This document shows, piece by piece, positions 40,255-50,805 of a DNA stretch of 64,000 nt. The notes under the pieces were generated by a model, which saw only the letters and a program-made list of their open reading frames with translations, was not told where the DNA came from and searched no databases. The stretch is from an uncultured delta proteobacterium (GTDB lineage: Bacteria > Desulfobacterota > Desulfuromonadia > Geobacterales > DSM-12255), in contig CAWBBV010000001.1 of the NCBI GenBank assembly GCA_963787125.1, forward strand, positions 512,001-576,000, written 5' to 3'. Position numbers and translations under genes: made by a program. The number at the start of each line of letters is the position of its first letter. Positions within the stretch are counted from its first letter, which is position 1.

Positions 40255-40497
40255 ACTGGGGGAGGATTCCAGGGGGGGCGTCAGGTTATATTGCCGTCAT
40301 TAAAATGGGAATAAGTGGCGCATCGGTAGCGCGAAAGTTGAATGTCCGCCGCGCCGGAGTCAGCCAGGCAGCCGGACGGGTCGAAGTAGATATATAAGAC
40401 GAAAACGGCGTTAAATGATATTGGAAATTGGGGAGAGTTTGCTAACGTCAGCTATGTCCCGTTACATCGTGCAACGTTCCCTCCCGTTCCTTTCCCT

Positions 40498-41094
40498 TTA
40501 TCTATCTTTAATGCTTTGCAGCGTCTGTAACTGGATCGTTGCCGTCTCTAACGCCTTTTTTGCTTCCTGGTGGCCGGGTCTGATCGCGAGCAGCACCTTC
40601 CACTTACTGATAGCGCTTTCCAGGCTGCCGCGCCGATACTCTTCGAGCCCTTGTTCCATCAGACGGTTCACACAGCTGTCCAGGAGTGCCCGAATCTTCT
40701 TCGGGTCGTGGCTGACCCGGTCCCTGAGCGAGGCCTCAAGCGGATAAGCATTGAGCACCCCTCTGAAAGCACGCGCCGCAACCGCATAATCACCCGCTGC
40801 GTAGGCGTCAGTACCAACCTCCAGCAGTCCGTTGACAGCCAGAATATATTCCCGTTCCAGTCCTTCACGATTTCTGTTGTTCAGTAGCTCGAGCGCTTGG
40901 CGGTAATTTTTCTTTTCCAGCTGAAAGACAACCTTTCGGCGCAGGAGCGAGTGCTGCTGCTGACGATTCGCAGCGACTGCTGCCTGCTGCTGACTGTCTC
41001 CACCTGCTTTGACGAGAGCGCTATCCTGGCTGGAACAGGCGGCCAGGCCGATGGCCGCCGCAAGAAGAAGTATCAGACCGTTGCCGGTTTTCAT
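40498..41094 (-). CDS. TPR-like lipoprotein
   Basis: Lipobox LAAC; helical repeats (GLEEYRRG.LESAI..W..LL...PGH.EA); overlaps the HD-GYP stop. Confidence 0.8.
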   Translation of the reverse strand: MKTGNGLILLLAAAIGLAACSSQDSALVKAGGDSQQQAAVAANRQQQHSLLRRKVVFQLEKKNYRQALELLNNRNREGLEREYILAVNGLLEVGTDAYAAGDYAVAARAFRGVLNAYPLEASLRDRVSHDPKKIRALLDSCVNRLMEQGLEEYRRGSLESAISKWKVLLAIRPGHQEAKKALETATIQLQTLQSIKDR

Positions 41095-42476
41095 ACAGCT
41101 GTCCTGAGGAACGGTGAGTTGAAAACCGGCAGTTCGAGGGCCGTAAGATTCGGGGGGACAAGGTTTCGCCGCTGCATTGCGGCGACGAAACAGTCGGTGA
41201 GGAGTGGATGAAACTGGGTCCCCCGGCAACGAATGATCTCACGGATGGCATACTCGGCCGGGAGTCCGGCGCGATAAGGCCGGGAAGTGGTCATGGCATC
41301 ATAGGCATCGGCTAGGGAGATGATTGCGGCAAAAAGCGGTATCGTCTCTCCCTTTAGGCCCTCCGGGTATCCCTCGCCATTGTGCCACTCGTGATGGTGC
41401 AGTACCGCGGGGATGACGCGCCGCAGGGCCTCGGAGTGGCCGAGGATATCTGCGCCATCGTGGGGGTGTCGCTTGACGCGATGAAATTCGTCGTCGTCCA
41501 GCGGGGCCGCCTTTTTGAGGATGTGATCGGGGATGCGGATCTTTCCCAGATCGTGTACCAGTGCCGCCACCTCCAGATCGCGCTGCTCTTCAGGGGCCAG
41601 TCCCATCTCTTTCGCCATCAGGAGCGACAGGGCTGCGACCCGGGTCGAATGCTCCAGGGTATAGCCATCCCGGGCATCGATGGCGGTGGCGAGAATCTTC
41701 ACCGTGGCAAAGTACGACTCCTCCAGGCCACGCGCATATTCGGCAAGCTTGTCCTTCTGGTTCACAATGACGCCGGCCATTTCATTAAAATTGCTGGTTA
41801 GCTCGCCGAGTTCATCGTGCTGTGTTACCGCTATCGGCCCGATTTGACCACCAGATTTCAGGCGGGAGACGCCGTCACTCAGCCGTTTGATCGGCTGCGT
41901 GAAGCAGCTGGCAATGGCGCAGGTACCGGTCACCGACAGCAGCAGGATGATCACTGCCATCACCGCCACCTTGCGGCGTGCTGCTCCCTGGGCACTGGTC
42001 AGCGCGGTGGAATCGATGCCAAGAGCGAACAGGCCGAGCTCTTTGCCGGCAAACACAATCGGAGCCCTGAATTCATAGCTATCCTGCCCGTTCCTGGTTA
42101 CCCGCAAGGCCAGCGCCCCGTCAGGCTCTCTTTTGAGTACGGTACCGGCTTCCGGCTTAAAGCTGCTGCCACTCTGCAGCAGGTCGCTGTGAGCTGCTAT
42201 CATCCCGTGGTGGTCAATCACCGCCATAGAGATGATGTCCTCCTGCCGTTCCCTGATTTTCGCCACCAGGTTGTCCAGGGAGAGCCTGTCCCGGACCAGC
42301 ATGCTGTAGCCGGCCGCATTCGCGGCCCCTCGCGACAAGGACAGGCCTCGCTTGACCGTTTCTCCCAGCAGAAAGGTATCCATGATTCCCATGACGATCG
42401 CCGAGGAGACGATGATAACAGTGGTAACGAGCAGGCACGTTAACAGCGATAATTTGAACCTGATGCCTAAATACAC
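41091..42476 (-). CDS. Membrane sensor HAMP + HD-GYP cyclic-dinucleotide phosphodiesterase
   Basis: Two TM helices, HAMP (DELGEL), HSTRV, HDLGK, HHEWHNGEGYP, ADAYDAM..SRPYR; GTG start after GGGAG. Confidence 0.92.
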   Translation of the reverse strand: MYLGIRFKLSLLTCLLVTTVIIVSSAIVMGIMDTFLLGETVKRGLSLSRGAANAAGYSMLVRDRLSLDNLVAKIRERQEDIISMAVIDHHGMIAAHSDLLQSGSSFKPEAGTVLKREPDGALALRVTRNGQDSYEFRAPIVFAGKELGLFALGIDSTALTSAQGAARRKVAVMAVIILLLSVTGTCAIASCFTQPIKRLSDGVSRLKSGGQIGPIAVTQHDELGELTSNFNEMAGVIVNQKDKLAEYARGLEESYFATVKILATAIDARDGYTLEHSTRVAALSLLMAKEMGLAPEEQRDLEVAALVHDLGKIRIPDHILKKAAPLDDDEFHRVKRHPHDGADILGHSEALRRVIPAVLHHHEWHNGEGYPEGLKGETIPLFAAIISLADAYDAMTTSRPYRAGLPAEYAIREIIRCRGTQFHPLLTDCFVAAMQRRNLVPPNLTALELPVFNSPFLRTAV

Positions 42477-42589
42477 GAGCCGTTCTCCCTTACCGTCAAA
42501 GCGCAAAACTCGCCGCTTTCGGTCAGGCTGTCCATTCCTGTCCGTGGGCTTGAACCGAGCGCTTCGCTCCGGTTTTCCGGCGGCAAAAT

Positions 42590-42636
42590 AAAAAAGCCGG
42601 GGCAAAAATATCAGGTGATATTTCGGCAACCCGGCT
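42590..42636 (-). terminator. Riboswitch expression-platform terminator
   Basis: Minus strand agccggg...tatca-cc-tgata...cccggc followed by T6; 5' arm overlaps the aptamer 3' end. Confidence 0.8.
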
Positions 42637-42700
42637 GTCTTCGAGAGACCCGTAGGCTTTCCGCCCCATCCTCGCGGATGGTTAGGTATTATCGTCTATT
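42620..42700 (-). ncRNA. GEMM-I (c-di-GMP-I) riboswitch, probable 3',3'-cGAMP-selective variant
   Basis: Minus strand acgataatacctaaccatccgcgaggatggggcggaaagcctacgggtctctcgaagacagccgggttgccgaaat: GNRA-capped P2, GAAAG junction, tetraloop receptor. Confidence 0.92.
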
Positions 42701-42887
42701 CCTGTGGTAAAAGTGAGTATTCTTATAACTTGCTGCGGCGCGAAAGTCAATTTCATACTGCCGGAATCCCGCTGAGGCAAGGACGTTGCCAATGCCCTGT
42801 CAGATGATTTGGGTTGCCCGCACAGTCAGATTTGTAAATCAGTATACCGATCCCTGAATTTTGCGACCTTCAAAAAAAGTTGCCGGA

Positions 42888-44033
42888 TCAGAAGCCGGCA
42901 AGATCGAGAGCGGCGCTATCTATTTTGGCTAACCGTTGCCCGAGCCGCTTTTCAATCACCCGGAAATGGTTTAAATCTTCCGGGCAGAGGAGGGTCAGTG
43001 CCTCCCCGGCTGTTTCGGCGCGACCGGTTCTGCCGATGCGGTGGATATAATCGTTTGGGGAACGGGGGAGCTCGTAATTGACCACATGGGGGAGTTCGCT
43101 GATGTCGATGCCGCGGGCGGCCAGATCGGTGGCCACCAGCACCTGCAGTGTGCCGGCCTTGAAATTCTCCAGCGCCTTGGTGCGTCCTCCCTGGCTCATG
43201 CCGGCGTGGAAGGTGGCGGCGCTGATGCCGTTTTGCAGCAGTTTCTGCGCCACACTGTCGGCTCGCTTGCGGGACGCTGTGAAAACCAGATACTGCTCGC
43301 CGTCGCCGGTCTTGATCAGGTATCTGAGGAGCGGCCCTTTGCGCTCCGGCGTGACCGTATAGATCAGCTGGGTAATGAGCTCTGCCCCGACCTTTGCCGG
43401 AGTAATCTCGATCCGTAGCGGTTCGACCAGCAGGGCGTCTGCAAGCCGCTGCACCTCAGCGGCAAAGGTGGCGGAAAAGAGCAGCGTCTGCCTTTTTTGG
43501 GGGAGCAGGGCCAGGATCTGTTGCATCTCCTCTTCAAAGCCCTCCTGGAGCATTTTTTCTGCTTCATCCAGCACGAGGATTTTCAGCGTCCTCAGTTGCA
43601 GACTGTTTCTGGCCACCAGCTCCAGCAGTCGACCCGGGGTGGCAATGAGCAGCTCGACGTTATTCACCATGATCATCTGTGGGTTCAGTGCCACGCCGCC
43701 AAACACTGCGCCGCTCTTCACCCGTGGCTGCAGATACTGACCGAACTCCCGGGCAACCTCGCCAATCTGGGCGGCCAGCTCCCGGGTCGGCACCAGCACC
43801 AGCGCCTTGAGTGTCTGCCCCTGGTCCGCCGCCGATCGCTGGATCAGCTGCAGCAGCGGCAGGATAAAAGCGGCGGTTTTGCCGGAACCGGTCCGGGCGA
43901 TGGCCAGCAGGTCTTGCCCGTGCAAAATTGCCGGAATGGCCTGATGCTGAATCGGGTAGGGTCGTTTGAACTGCTCTCGGTCAGCAAGCGCCTGGAGCAA
44001 TCCGGGGCAAAGACCAAGTGATGAAAATGACAT
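42888..44033 (-). CDS. DEAD-box RNA helicase (RhlE-like)
   Basis: Q motif, ARTGSGKT, PTRELA, TPGR, DEAE, SAT, ARGID, HRIGRTGR. Confidence 0.93.
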   Translation of the reverse strand: MSFSSLGLCPGLLQALADREQFKRPYPIQHQAIPAILHGQDLLAIARTGSGKTAAFILPLLQLIQRSAADQGQTLKALVLVPTRELAAQIGEVAREFGQYLQPRVKSGAVFGGVALNPQMIMVNNVELLIATPGRLLELVARNSLQLRTLKILVLDEAEKMLQEGFEEEMQQILALLPQKRQTLLFSATFAAEVQRLADALLVEPLRIEITPAKVGAELITQLIYTVTPERKGPLLRYLIKTGDGEQYLVFTASRKRADSVAQKLLQNGISAATFHAGMSQGGRTKALENFKAGTLQVLVATDLAARGIDISELPHVVNYELPRSPNDYIHRIGRTGRAETAGEALTLLCPEDLNHFRVIEKRLGQRLAKIDSAALDLAGF

Positions 44034-44410
44034 GTAAGGGACTCCTCGAGAAGTGGCAACAGGGGGTGCGCCGGCACTGCAGCGGCACCCAAAAATAAAA
44101 CCACAGGAGTATCCCTGTGGTTCAGATCTGCCCGGAATATAACACGTTACGCGATGGGGCGACAACGGCTTTCTTGCCAAGGTGGAGTTGCAGCCGATTC
44201 CCGGGTGCTAAAGCTGTATAGATATGGCATGGTTTCCCCAAAAAGCTCCAAATACAACAAATCCCAGACAGATGTTGCGCCGCAACCGTTGAAAATGTTA
44301 CATAGATAGGTAGCCCTCTTCACCTGCCCTGACCTTATGGACAGGATAAGTTCCAGTTCCCTGAAGGGATGGAGAATGCGGGCTCATATCAAATTAGTGA
44401 GGTTGAAAGC

Positions 44411-45730
44411 ATGACAATGAAACAGTTTGGTCCGACGAGACTGGACGCAGCGCTCATCCCGAAAATAGCTCAGCAGTGGGGTACACCGGTCTATCTCCAT
44501 GATCAGGAATATATCGAAAACAGCTGCCAGCAGTTGCTGGACATGCCCAATGCCTACGGCCTGCATGTCCGCTACGCCATGAAGGCAAACTCGGATCGGA
44601 CGGTATTGCGGGTCGTCACCAATAAAGGCCTGGATCTGGATTGTTCGTCACTTAATGAAGCGGCCCGTGCTTTTGCCGCCGGGGTTCCATATAGCCGGAT
44701 GATGCTGACGACCCAGGAGGTTCCGACGGGTGAGGAGCGCGTCGAACTGGAGGAGATGATCCGTGGCGGACTGAAGTACAACGTCTGCTCCATGACACAG
44801 TTTCATCTGATTGCCGACTTTGCCAGGAGCATCAATCTGGACCTGTCAATGAGGGTCCACCCGGGAGCTAAAGGCGGAGGCGAAAGCGCCACCCGCGATA
44901 CCGGCAGCGAATATTCCTGCTTCGGGGTTCATTTAAACGATGTCCCCACGGTAAAAGCCCTGGCTGACAAGCAGGGACTGCGCTTTACCCAGGTGCATGT
45001 CCATATCGGTTCAGGCGGCGACCCGGAAAAATGGCGGGAGAATATCGACCGTGAACTGGGCTTTGTCAAAACCTATTTCCCCGATGCCGTCACGGTCAGC
45101 TTCGGCGGGGGGCTCAAGGTGGCCAGAATGCCGGGGGAAAAGCAGGCCGACATCGCGTCACTTGGTGCTTATGCTGCGCAGAGGGTAACGGCGTTCAAGG
45201 AGTCAACCGGAAGGCAGCTGCAGATGGAGATCGAACCGGGGACTTTTGTCGTGGCCAATTCGGGCCATATCATTACCCGGATTATTGATAAGAAGTTGAC
45301 CAATGAGCTTAACTTCCTCATCGTCGACGGCGGCATGGAACTGCTGACCCGCCCGCTCCTGTACGGCTCCGAGCACCCCATTGCCATTGTCCGTCAGGAC
45401 GGTACGCTGCTCTCCAGCGAGTATGACGGCAAGCCGACGGCCGGGCTGAAATCGTTCGGCATTGTCGGGCGCTGCTGCGAAAGCGGCGATTCGGTCCGTC
45501 TGGACAACGACGGCAACATTGTGCCGGTGCTGATTGCCGAACCGGAAATCGGCGATTATGTCGTCATCGGTGGCACGGGAGCCTATTCCGAGAGCATGTC
45601 GCCGGAAAACTACAATTCGCACCGCAAGCCGCCGGCTGTCATGAGGACGCGCAGTGGTGAACTGGTACTGATCAGGAAGAAGCAGGTTCGTGAGCAGATA
45701 GTCCAGAATGAGCTGGATGTGAAACTGTAA
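44411..45730 (+). CDS. lysA: Diaminopimelate decarboxylase-family PLP enzyme
   Basis: GTPVY, RYAMKAN, HVHIGSG, GGG, EPG, GRCCESGD, GAY...NYNS. Confidence 0.8.
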   Translation: MTMKQFGPTRLDAALIPKIAQQWGTPVYLHDQEYIENSCQQLLDMPNAYGLHVRYAMKANSDRTVLRVVTNKGLDLDCSSLNEAARAFAAGVPYSRMMLTTQEVPTGEERVELEEMIRGGLKYNVCSMTQFHLIADFARSINLDLSMRVHPGAKGGGESATRDTGSEYSCFGVHLNDVPTVKALADKQGLRFTQVHVHIGSGGDPEKWRENIDRELGFVKTYFPDAVTVSFGGGLKVARMPGEKQADIASLGAYAAQRVTAFKESTGRQLQMEIEPGTFVVANSGHIITRIIDKKLTNELNFLIVDGGMELLTRPLLYGSEHPIAIVRQDGTLLSSEYDGKPTAGLKSFGIVGRCCESGDSVRLDNDGNIVPVLIAEPEIGDYVVIGGTGAYSESMSPENYNSHRKPPAVMRTRSGELVLIRKKQVREQIVQNELDVKL

Positions 45731-45751
45731 GCTATAAATCAGAGCTGTACT

Positions 45752-45791
45752 AAAAAGAGGCCAGGGGTTATGCACCTCTTGGCCTCTTTTT
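45752..45791 (+). terminator. Intrinsic terminator
   Basis: aaaaagaggcca...tggcctcttttt. Confidence 0.88.
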
Positions 45792-45933
45792 ATGTGAGAC
45801 CTTACTGCTGGCAACATGGTAGGTAGCCCCCTGGCCCTGTAAGTTTCTCCACACTAAGATTTTATAAGTATCCCTGGACCGGCCCGATAGCCTACACTGA
45901 CGCAACAATGCAAAACAATCAAGGGAGTATCCA

Positions 45934-46371
45934 GTGAACAGACAGCCTTCAGCAGGAAGTAATATTGAAACCCGGTGTACCCGCTGCCGCGAAATTCTAA
46001 ATCATACAATTGTCGCCATGATCGGGGAAAAGATCGCGCGGGTTGAGTGTAACACCTGCCACGGTACACACAATTATCGTCCGGAAAAGCCCGTTAAGGA
46101 GCCTGCCGCAGCCAAAACCGTCCTGAAGAAAACGCCGGTGCCCCGCAAGGCAAAAGTTGATCCTTTGGAGCTTGAGCGTGCCGAGTGGGAGGCGCTGCAG
46201 CCAGACATGAATCCGGAGAAGGCGATCCCTTACGATATGAACAAGCCTTATCGCGTCAGGAATCTGTTGCTCCACACTGTTTTCGGTCTCGGAGTTGTGC
46301 AGCTTGTTCTGCAACCGAACAAGATTGATGTTCTGTTCCAGGAAGGGATAAAACGGCTCCGTTGCGGTTAA
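45934..46371 (+). CDS. Hypothetical zinc-ribbon protein
   Basis: CTRC...CNTC..H; C-terminal H..FGLGVV beta domain; AGGGAG RBS. Confidence 0.75.
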   Translation: MNRQPSAGSNIETRCTRCREILNHTIVAMIGEKIARVECNTCHGTHNYRPEKPVKEPAAAKTVLKKTPVPRKAKVDPLELERAEWEALQPDMNPEKAIPYDMNKPYRVRNLLLHTVFGLGVVQLVLQPNKIDVLFQEGIKRLRCG

Positions 46372-46597
46372 ATGCGCCTTAAATGACAGCGGCACGTATC
46401 CGCATAATTTTTGGACCGGCCCGTCTGGAGTTTCTGCCCCAAATCAATTCAACGCGATATAGTCTGAATGGCGGCTCATATCTTGCGTTCGCGAGATATG
46501 AGCCCAAAAAACATTCGCAGGATACACATCGTTTTTTCCTGCGCCGCTACCCACACAGATCGTTTTCCTGTTGACCGGCGCCATTCCTGCATTTTAA

Positions 46598-47593
<996 letters not shown>

Positions 47594-47614
47594 TAATCCG
47601 GTGGGTTAAGCTGC

Positions 47615-48499
47615 TTACCCTTTTGCCTTGGGATGAGCTTTGTCATACACCTCCAGCAGTCTGTCAATGCTGACATGAGTGTATTTCTGAGTGGTTGACA
47701 GGGAAGCGTGGCCGAGCAGCTCCTGAATTGAGCGCAGGTCTGCCCCCCCTTCCAGCAGATGGGTGGCGAATGTGTGACGGAGCGTATGTGGCGAGGCCTT
47801 TTTCATTGTTTCAAGGTGGAGCATGTAGCGATCGACGATCCGGGCAACGCTGCGCCGGGTAAGCCTTCCGCCACGGGAATTTACGAATAGCGGCGCTGTT
47901 ATCGCCGGGGTTCCTCTTAAACCAAGATATTCTTTCAGCGCCTGGATGGCTTTGCTTCCCAGAGGCACGATCCGCTCTTTCCCCCCTTTGCCGAAAACAC
48001 GTACAGACCCGGCTTCAAGATCGATCCCCTTAATATCAAGCCCGGTTAATTCAGAGACTCGCAGGCCGGAAGAGTAGAGCGTTTCCAGAATCGCCCTGTC
48101 CCTTGAGGGGAGAATTTCGGGTGCCCGAGGCGCTTCCACCAGTGTGGTAATTTCGTCGATATTCAGATGGAACGGGAGTTTCTTCTCTTTTTTGGGAGTG
48201 CTGATAAGCTCTGCCGGGTTTTTCCCGATTATCCCCCGGCGCAGCAGGAATCTGAAGAGCGAACGGATTGCCGCCAGTTTCCTGCCGGCACTGCTCTTGG
48301 ACAGCTCTTTATGAACAGATGCCAGGTAGCTGCGGATGTGAAGGTGATTGATCTGGTGGATTGTCAGCGTGGGGTCAATCTTTTTGGCGAGAAAAGCGCT
48401 AAACTGCTGCAAGTCGCGGCTGTAGGCTTCGATTGTGTGCGGTGAGGCGTTGCGCTCAGACTGCAGGTACTGAATGAATGTGGCGATTTCCTGCTGCAT
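47615..48499 (-). CDS. xerC: Tyrosine recombinase XerC
   Basis: SPHTIEAY, RDRAILETLYSSGLRVSEL, GKGGKER, HTLRHTFATH, LLGH, TTQKY. Confidence 0.9.
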   Translation of the reverse strand: MQQEIATFIQYLQSERNASPHTIEAYSRDLQQFSAFLAKKIDPTLTIHQINHLHIRSYLASVHKELSKSSAGRKLAAIRSLFRFLLRRGIIGKNPAELISTPKKEKKLPFHLNIDEITTLVEAPRAPEILPSRDRAILETLYSSGLRVSELTGLDIKGIDLEAGSVRVFGKGGKERIVPLGSKAIQALKEYLGLRGTPAITAPLFVNSRGGRLTRRSVARIVDRYMLHLETMKKASPHTLRHTFATHLLEGGADLRSIQELLGHASLSTTQKYTHVSIDRLLEVYDKAHPKAKG

Positions 48500-48597
48500 C
48501 TCCTCCTCCCGGCTTATCGTTGCCATATTTTTAGCAGAGTCCCATGATATGCGCAATTTCTTTGACAGAGGCTTTTCCCGCTAGTTATATTCCGGAC

Positions 48598-49743
48598 ATG
48601 ATCAAAGTTGCCATTGAAAAAGTTGCATCGTATGAGCTGAGTCAGGTAAAGACCGGGGTGACAAGCCTGCTGCAGCATCTGGGCGGCATTGAGGCCTTTG
48701 TAAAGCCTGGCGAGCGGGTGCTGATAAAGCCGAACATGCTTTACGGGAAACCCCCTGAAGCGGCGATTACGACTCATCCCCGCCTTGTGCAGGCTGTCAT
48801 TGAGTTGGTCATGGGTGCAGGAGGGCTGCCACTTGTAGGAGATAGCCCAGGGAACGGTGCCACCAGGAAAGTAGCTGAGCAGTGCGGCATTCTTGAAGTC
48901 GTCAGAAAGACCGGCGCTGAGCTGGTTGAGTTTATAGAGCCGGTAGCAGTCAAAGGGAGCGGGCTATACAAAACTTTTGAACTGGCGCGACCGTATCTGG
49001 AGGCTGATAAAATCATCAACCTGCCGAAGCTCAAAACACATGTCATGATGACCATGACCTGCGCGGTGAAGAATCTTTTCGGTGCTGTTGTCGGCAGGGA
49101 GAAATCAGCCTGGCACTTGAAGGCCGGTAAAGATCGTGACGTCTTTGCCAGAATGCTCGTAGAAATCTATCAACTGCGTAAACCTGATTTGACTATCGTT
49201 GATGCCATAACTGCCATGGAAGGAGATGGTCCGGGAAGTGGCGACCCGTACCATGTCGGCCTGCTGCTGGCAGGCGTTAACGCTCTGGCGGTAGACGTGA
49301 TTGCCGGAGAAATTGCCGGTATACCAAGTGAACTTCTCTATGTTGAACGTGTGGCTGCCAAGATGGGACTGGAAGGAGCTGAGCGGACAGAGATTCAGGT
49401 TGTCGGAATTGACCCTGGAGGATTGTCGCTGCGGCCGTTCAATCTGCCGCGTAGCATGAGTATACCGTTTGGACTGCCAACCTTCCTTGGTCAACAGGTG
49501 CGACAACAGTTTACTGTCCGTCCGGTTGTTGTCCCGGAGCGGTGCGTAGCGTGTGGCATCTGTTGCGACGCCTGCCCACCGCAGGTGATGGCGCTGAATC
49601 AAGGGAAACTTACTATTGATTATGCAGGCTGTATTCGTTGTTACTGTTGCGTGGAACTTTGTCCGGAGAAAGCACTTGATCTCAAAGCAGGAACTTTGCT
49701 TGGGGCGGTGAAGAGGATTAGAAAGCTTGTCAGAAAGAAATAA
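48598..49743 (+). CDS. DUF362 domain protein with C-terminal 2x4Fe-4S
   Basis: VLIKPN, TTHP, NLPKLKTH, AVKN, MEGDGP; CVACGIC...CIRCYCC. Confidence 0.9.
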   Translation: MIKVAIEKVASYELSQVKTGVTSLLQHLGGIEAFVKPGERVLIKPNMLYGKPPEAAITTHPRLVQAVIELVMGAGGLPLVGDSPGNGATRKVAEQCGILEVVRKTGAELVEFIEPVAVKGSGLYKTFELARPYLEADKIINLPKLKTHVMMTMTCAVKNLFGAVVGREKSAWHLKAGKDRDVFARMLVEIYQLRKPDLTIVDAITAMEGDGPGSGDPYHVGLLLAGVNALAVDVIAGEIAGIPSELLYVERVAAKMGLEGAERTEIQVVGIDPGGLSLRPFNLPRSMSIPFGLPTFLGQQVRQQFTVRPVVVPERCVACGICCDACPPQVMALNQGKLTIDYAGCIRCYCCVELCPEKALDLKAGTLLGAVKRIRKLVRKK

Positions 49744-49763
49744 TGTCTGGTAGCAGATTTGAA

Positions 49764-50168
49764 TCAGGTCTGAAAAGAATAAAGACTGAGCGATGAAACA
49801 GAGGCGATAGCTTCGAAGTCGCGGTCATTATGCATGAGCTCGGCTTTATGCTCAATGGCGGTTTGAGCTATCAGCAGATCAACAGTACTGCGAATGGTCA
49901 TCCCTTTGGTTCGGCATTTGCGGTATAAATCAGCTGCTTTAATGTAGGAATCATGGGATTTGAGAGAGAGTATCGGAAAGGTCATGAGCGACGAAAGCAC
50001 TTCGCGGTAGTCGCGCTCGTTGCGGATACCTTGCAGCACTTCTGTAAGAGTGATCTCAGCTATTGCAATATCGGCGTCGTTTGAAATCAGGATTTCAACC
50101 GCCTTGTCATAGCTCGAACCGGAGCGGTTAAGGAACTCGATAAGGGCGCTGGTGTCAAGCAGGATCAT
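49764..50168 (-). CDS. vapC: PIN-domain toxin (VapC)
   Basis: MILLDTSALI, EVLQG, DLLIA, HNDRDF. Confidence 0.92.
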   Translation of the reverse strand: MILLDTSALIEFLNRSGSSYDKAVEILISNDADIAIAEITLTEVLQGIRNERDYREVLSSLMTFPILSLKSHDSYIKAADLYRKCRTKGMTIRSTVDLLIAQTAIEHKAELMHNDRDFEAIASVSSLSLYSFQT

Positions 50169-50367
50169 GGCGGCTTTCCCGTAATGCGTTCAGATCGCCC
50201 TTCCAGAGACCCGCATGGCGGATGGTCAAAAGCCTTTTCCTGCTGCGTTGCTTGATCAGCTCCTGCAGTGCGCAGATAATGACATCTTTCTTGGTCTTAA
50301 GCCCGGTCAAGCGTCCGGCCTCATCCAACAGGTCAGAGTCTATGACTACATTGGTTCTGGCGAGCAT
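50155..50367 (-). CDS. vapB: VapB-type antitoxin
   Basis: RTNVVIDSDLL...TKKDVI..AL ribbon-helix-helix; overlaps vapC. Confidence 0.88.
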   Translation of the reverse strand: MLARTNVVIDSDLLDEAGRLTGLKTKKDVIICALQELIKQRSRKRLLTIRHAGLWKGDLNALRESRHDPA

Positions 50368-50475
50368 GATGCACCTCGATACGTGATATTCATACACATT
50401 ATCTTACACTGTTTATGTGGATGCAAGCGGAAGTTTTCTTTTGAATTTGTCATGCAATATATTCAGCTTTTCCAA

Positions 50476-50805
50476 TTACCCCCGCATCTCCTTCATCCAT
50501 TCAGTAATCCGATAGAGTAGTTGCCGGTCTTTCTCGTCAACGCATTCCAGGTTTTTTATCAATATTTCGGGAGAGATTGCCTCCGGGTCGTGGTGCATGA
50601 AGTCGAACAGGCTCGGCAGTGCCACCTTTAGTGCTTCGGCGATCCGCATCAGGCGGTCGAGAGAGGGGTAGCTTTTGCCTAGCTCGATTCGACTCATATA
50701 TTGCTGCTCTATACCAAGTATCTCCGCAAGCTGTTCCTGCGCTATTCCTTGAGCCTTCCTCAACTCCCGTATACGTGCCCCCAATAATTCAGTTGCGGCT
50801 CTCAT
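50476..50805 (-). CDS. XRE-family HTH regulator
   Basis: LGARIRELRK...QEQLAE...SRIELG..YPSL. Confidence 0.9.
   Translation of the reverse strand: MRAATELLGARIRELRKAQGIAQEQLAEILGIEQQYMSRIELGKSYPSLDRLMRIAEALKVALPSLFDFMHHDPEAISPEILIKNLECVDEKDRQLLYRITEWMKEMRG

Noticed and set aside
44296..44410. Lysine (L-box) riboswitch upstream of the lysA-like gene
   Set aside because: Only an AGGTAGC-like start matches; the leader is ~100 nt, too short for the ~170-nt five-stem aptamer, and other conserved blocks are missing.
47615..48499. xerC as the integrase of the neighbouring island
   Set aside because: It looks like housekeeping XerC in a core context next to trxB; I recognised no dif-like or att sites nearby.
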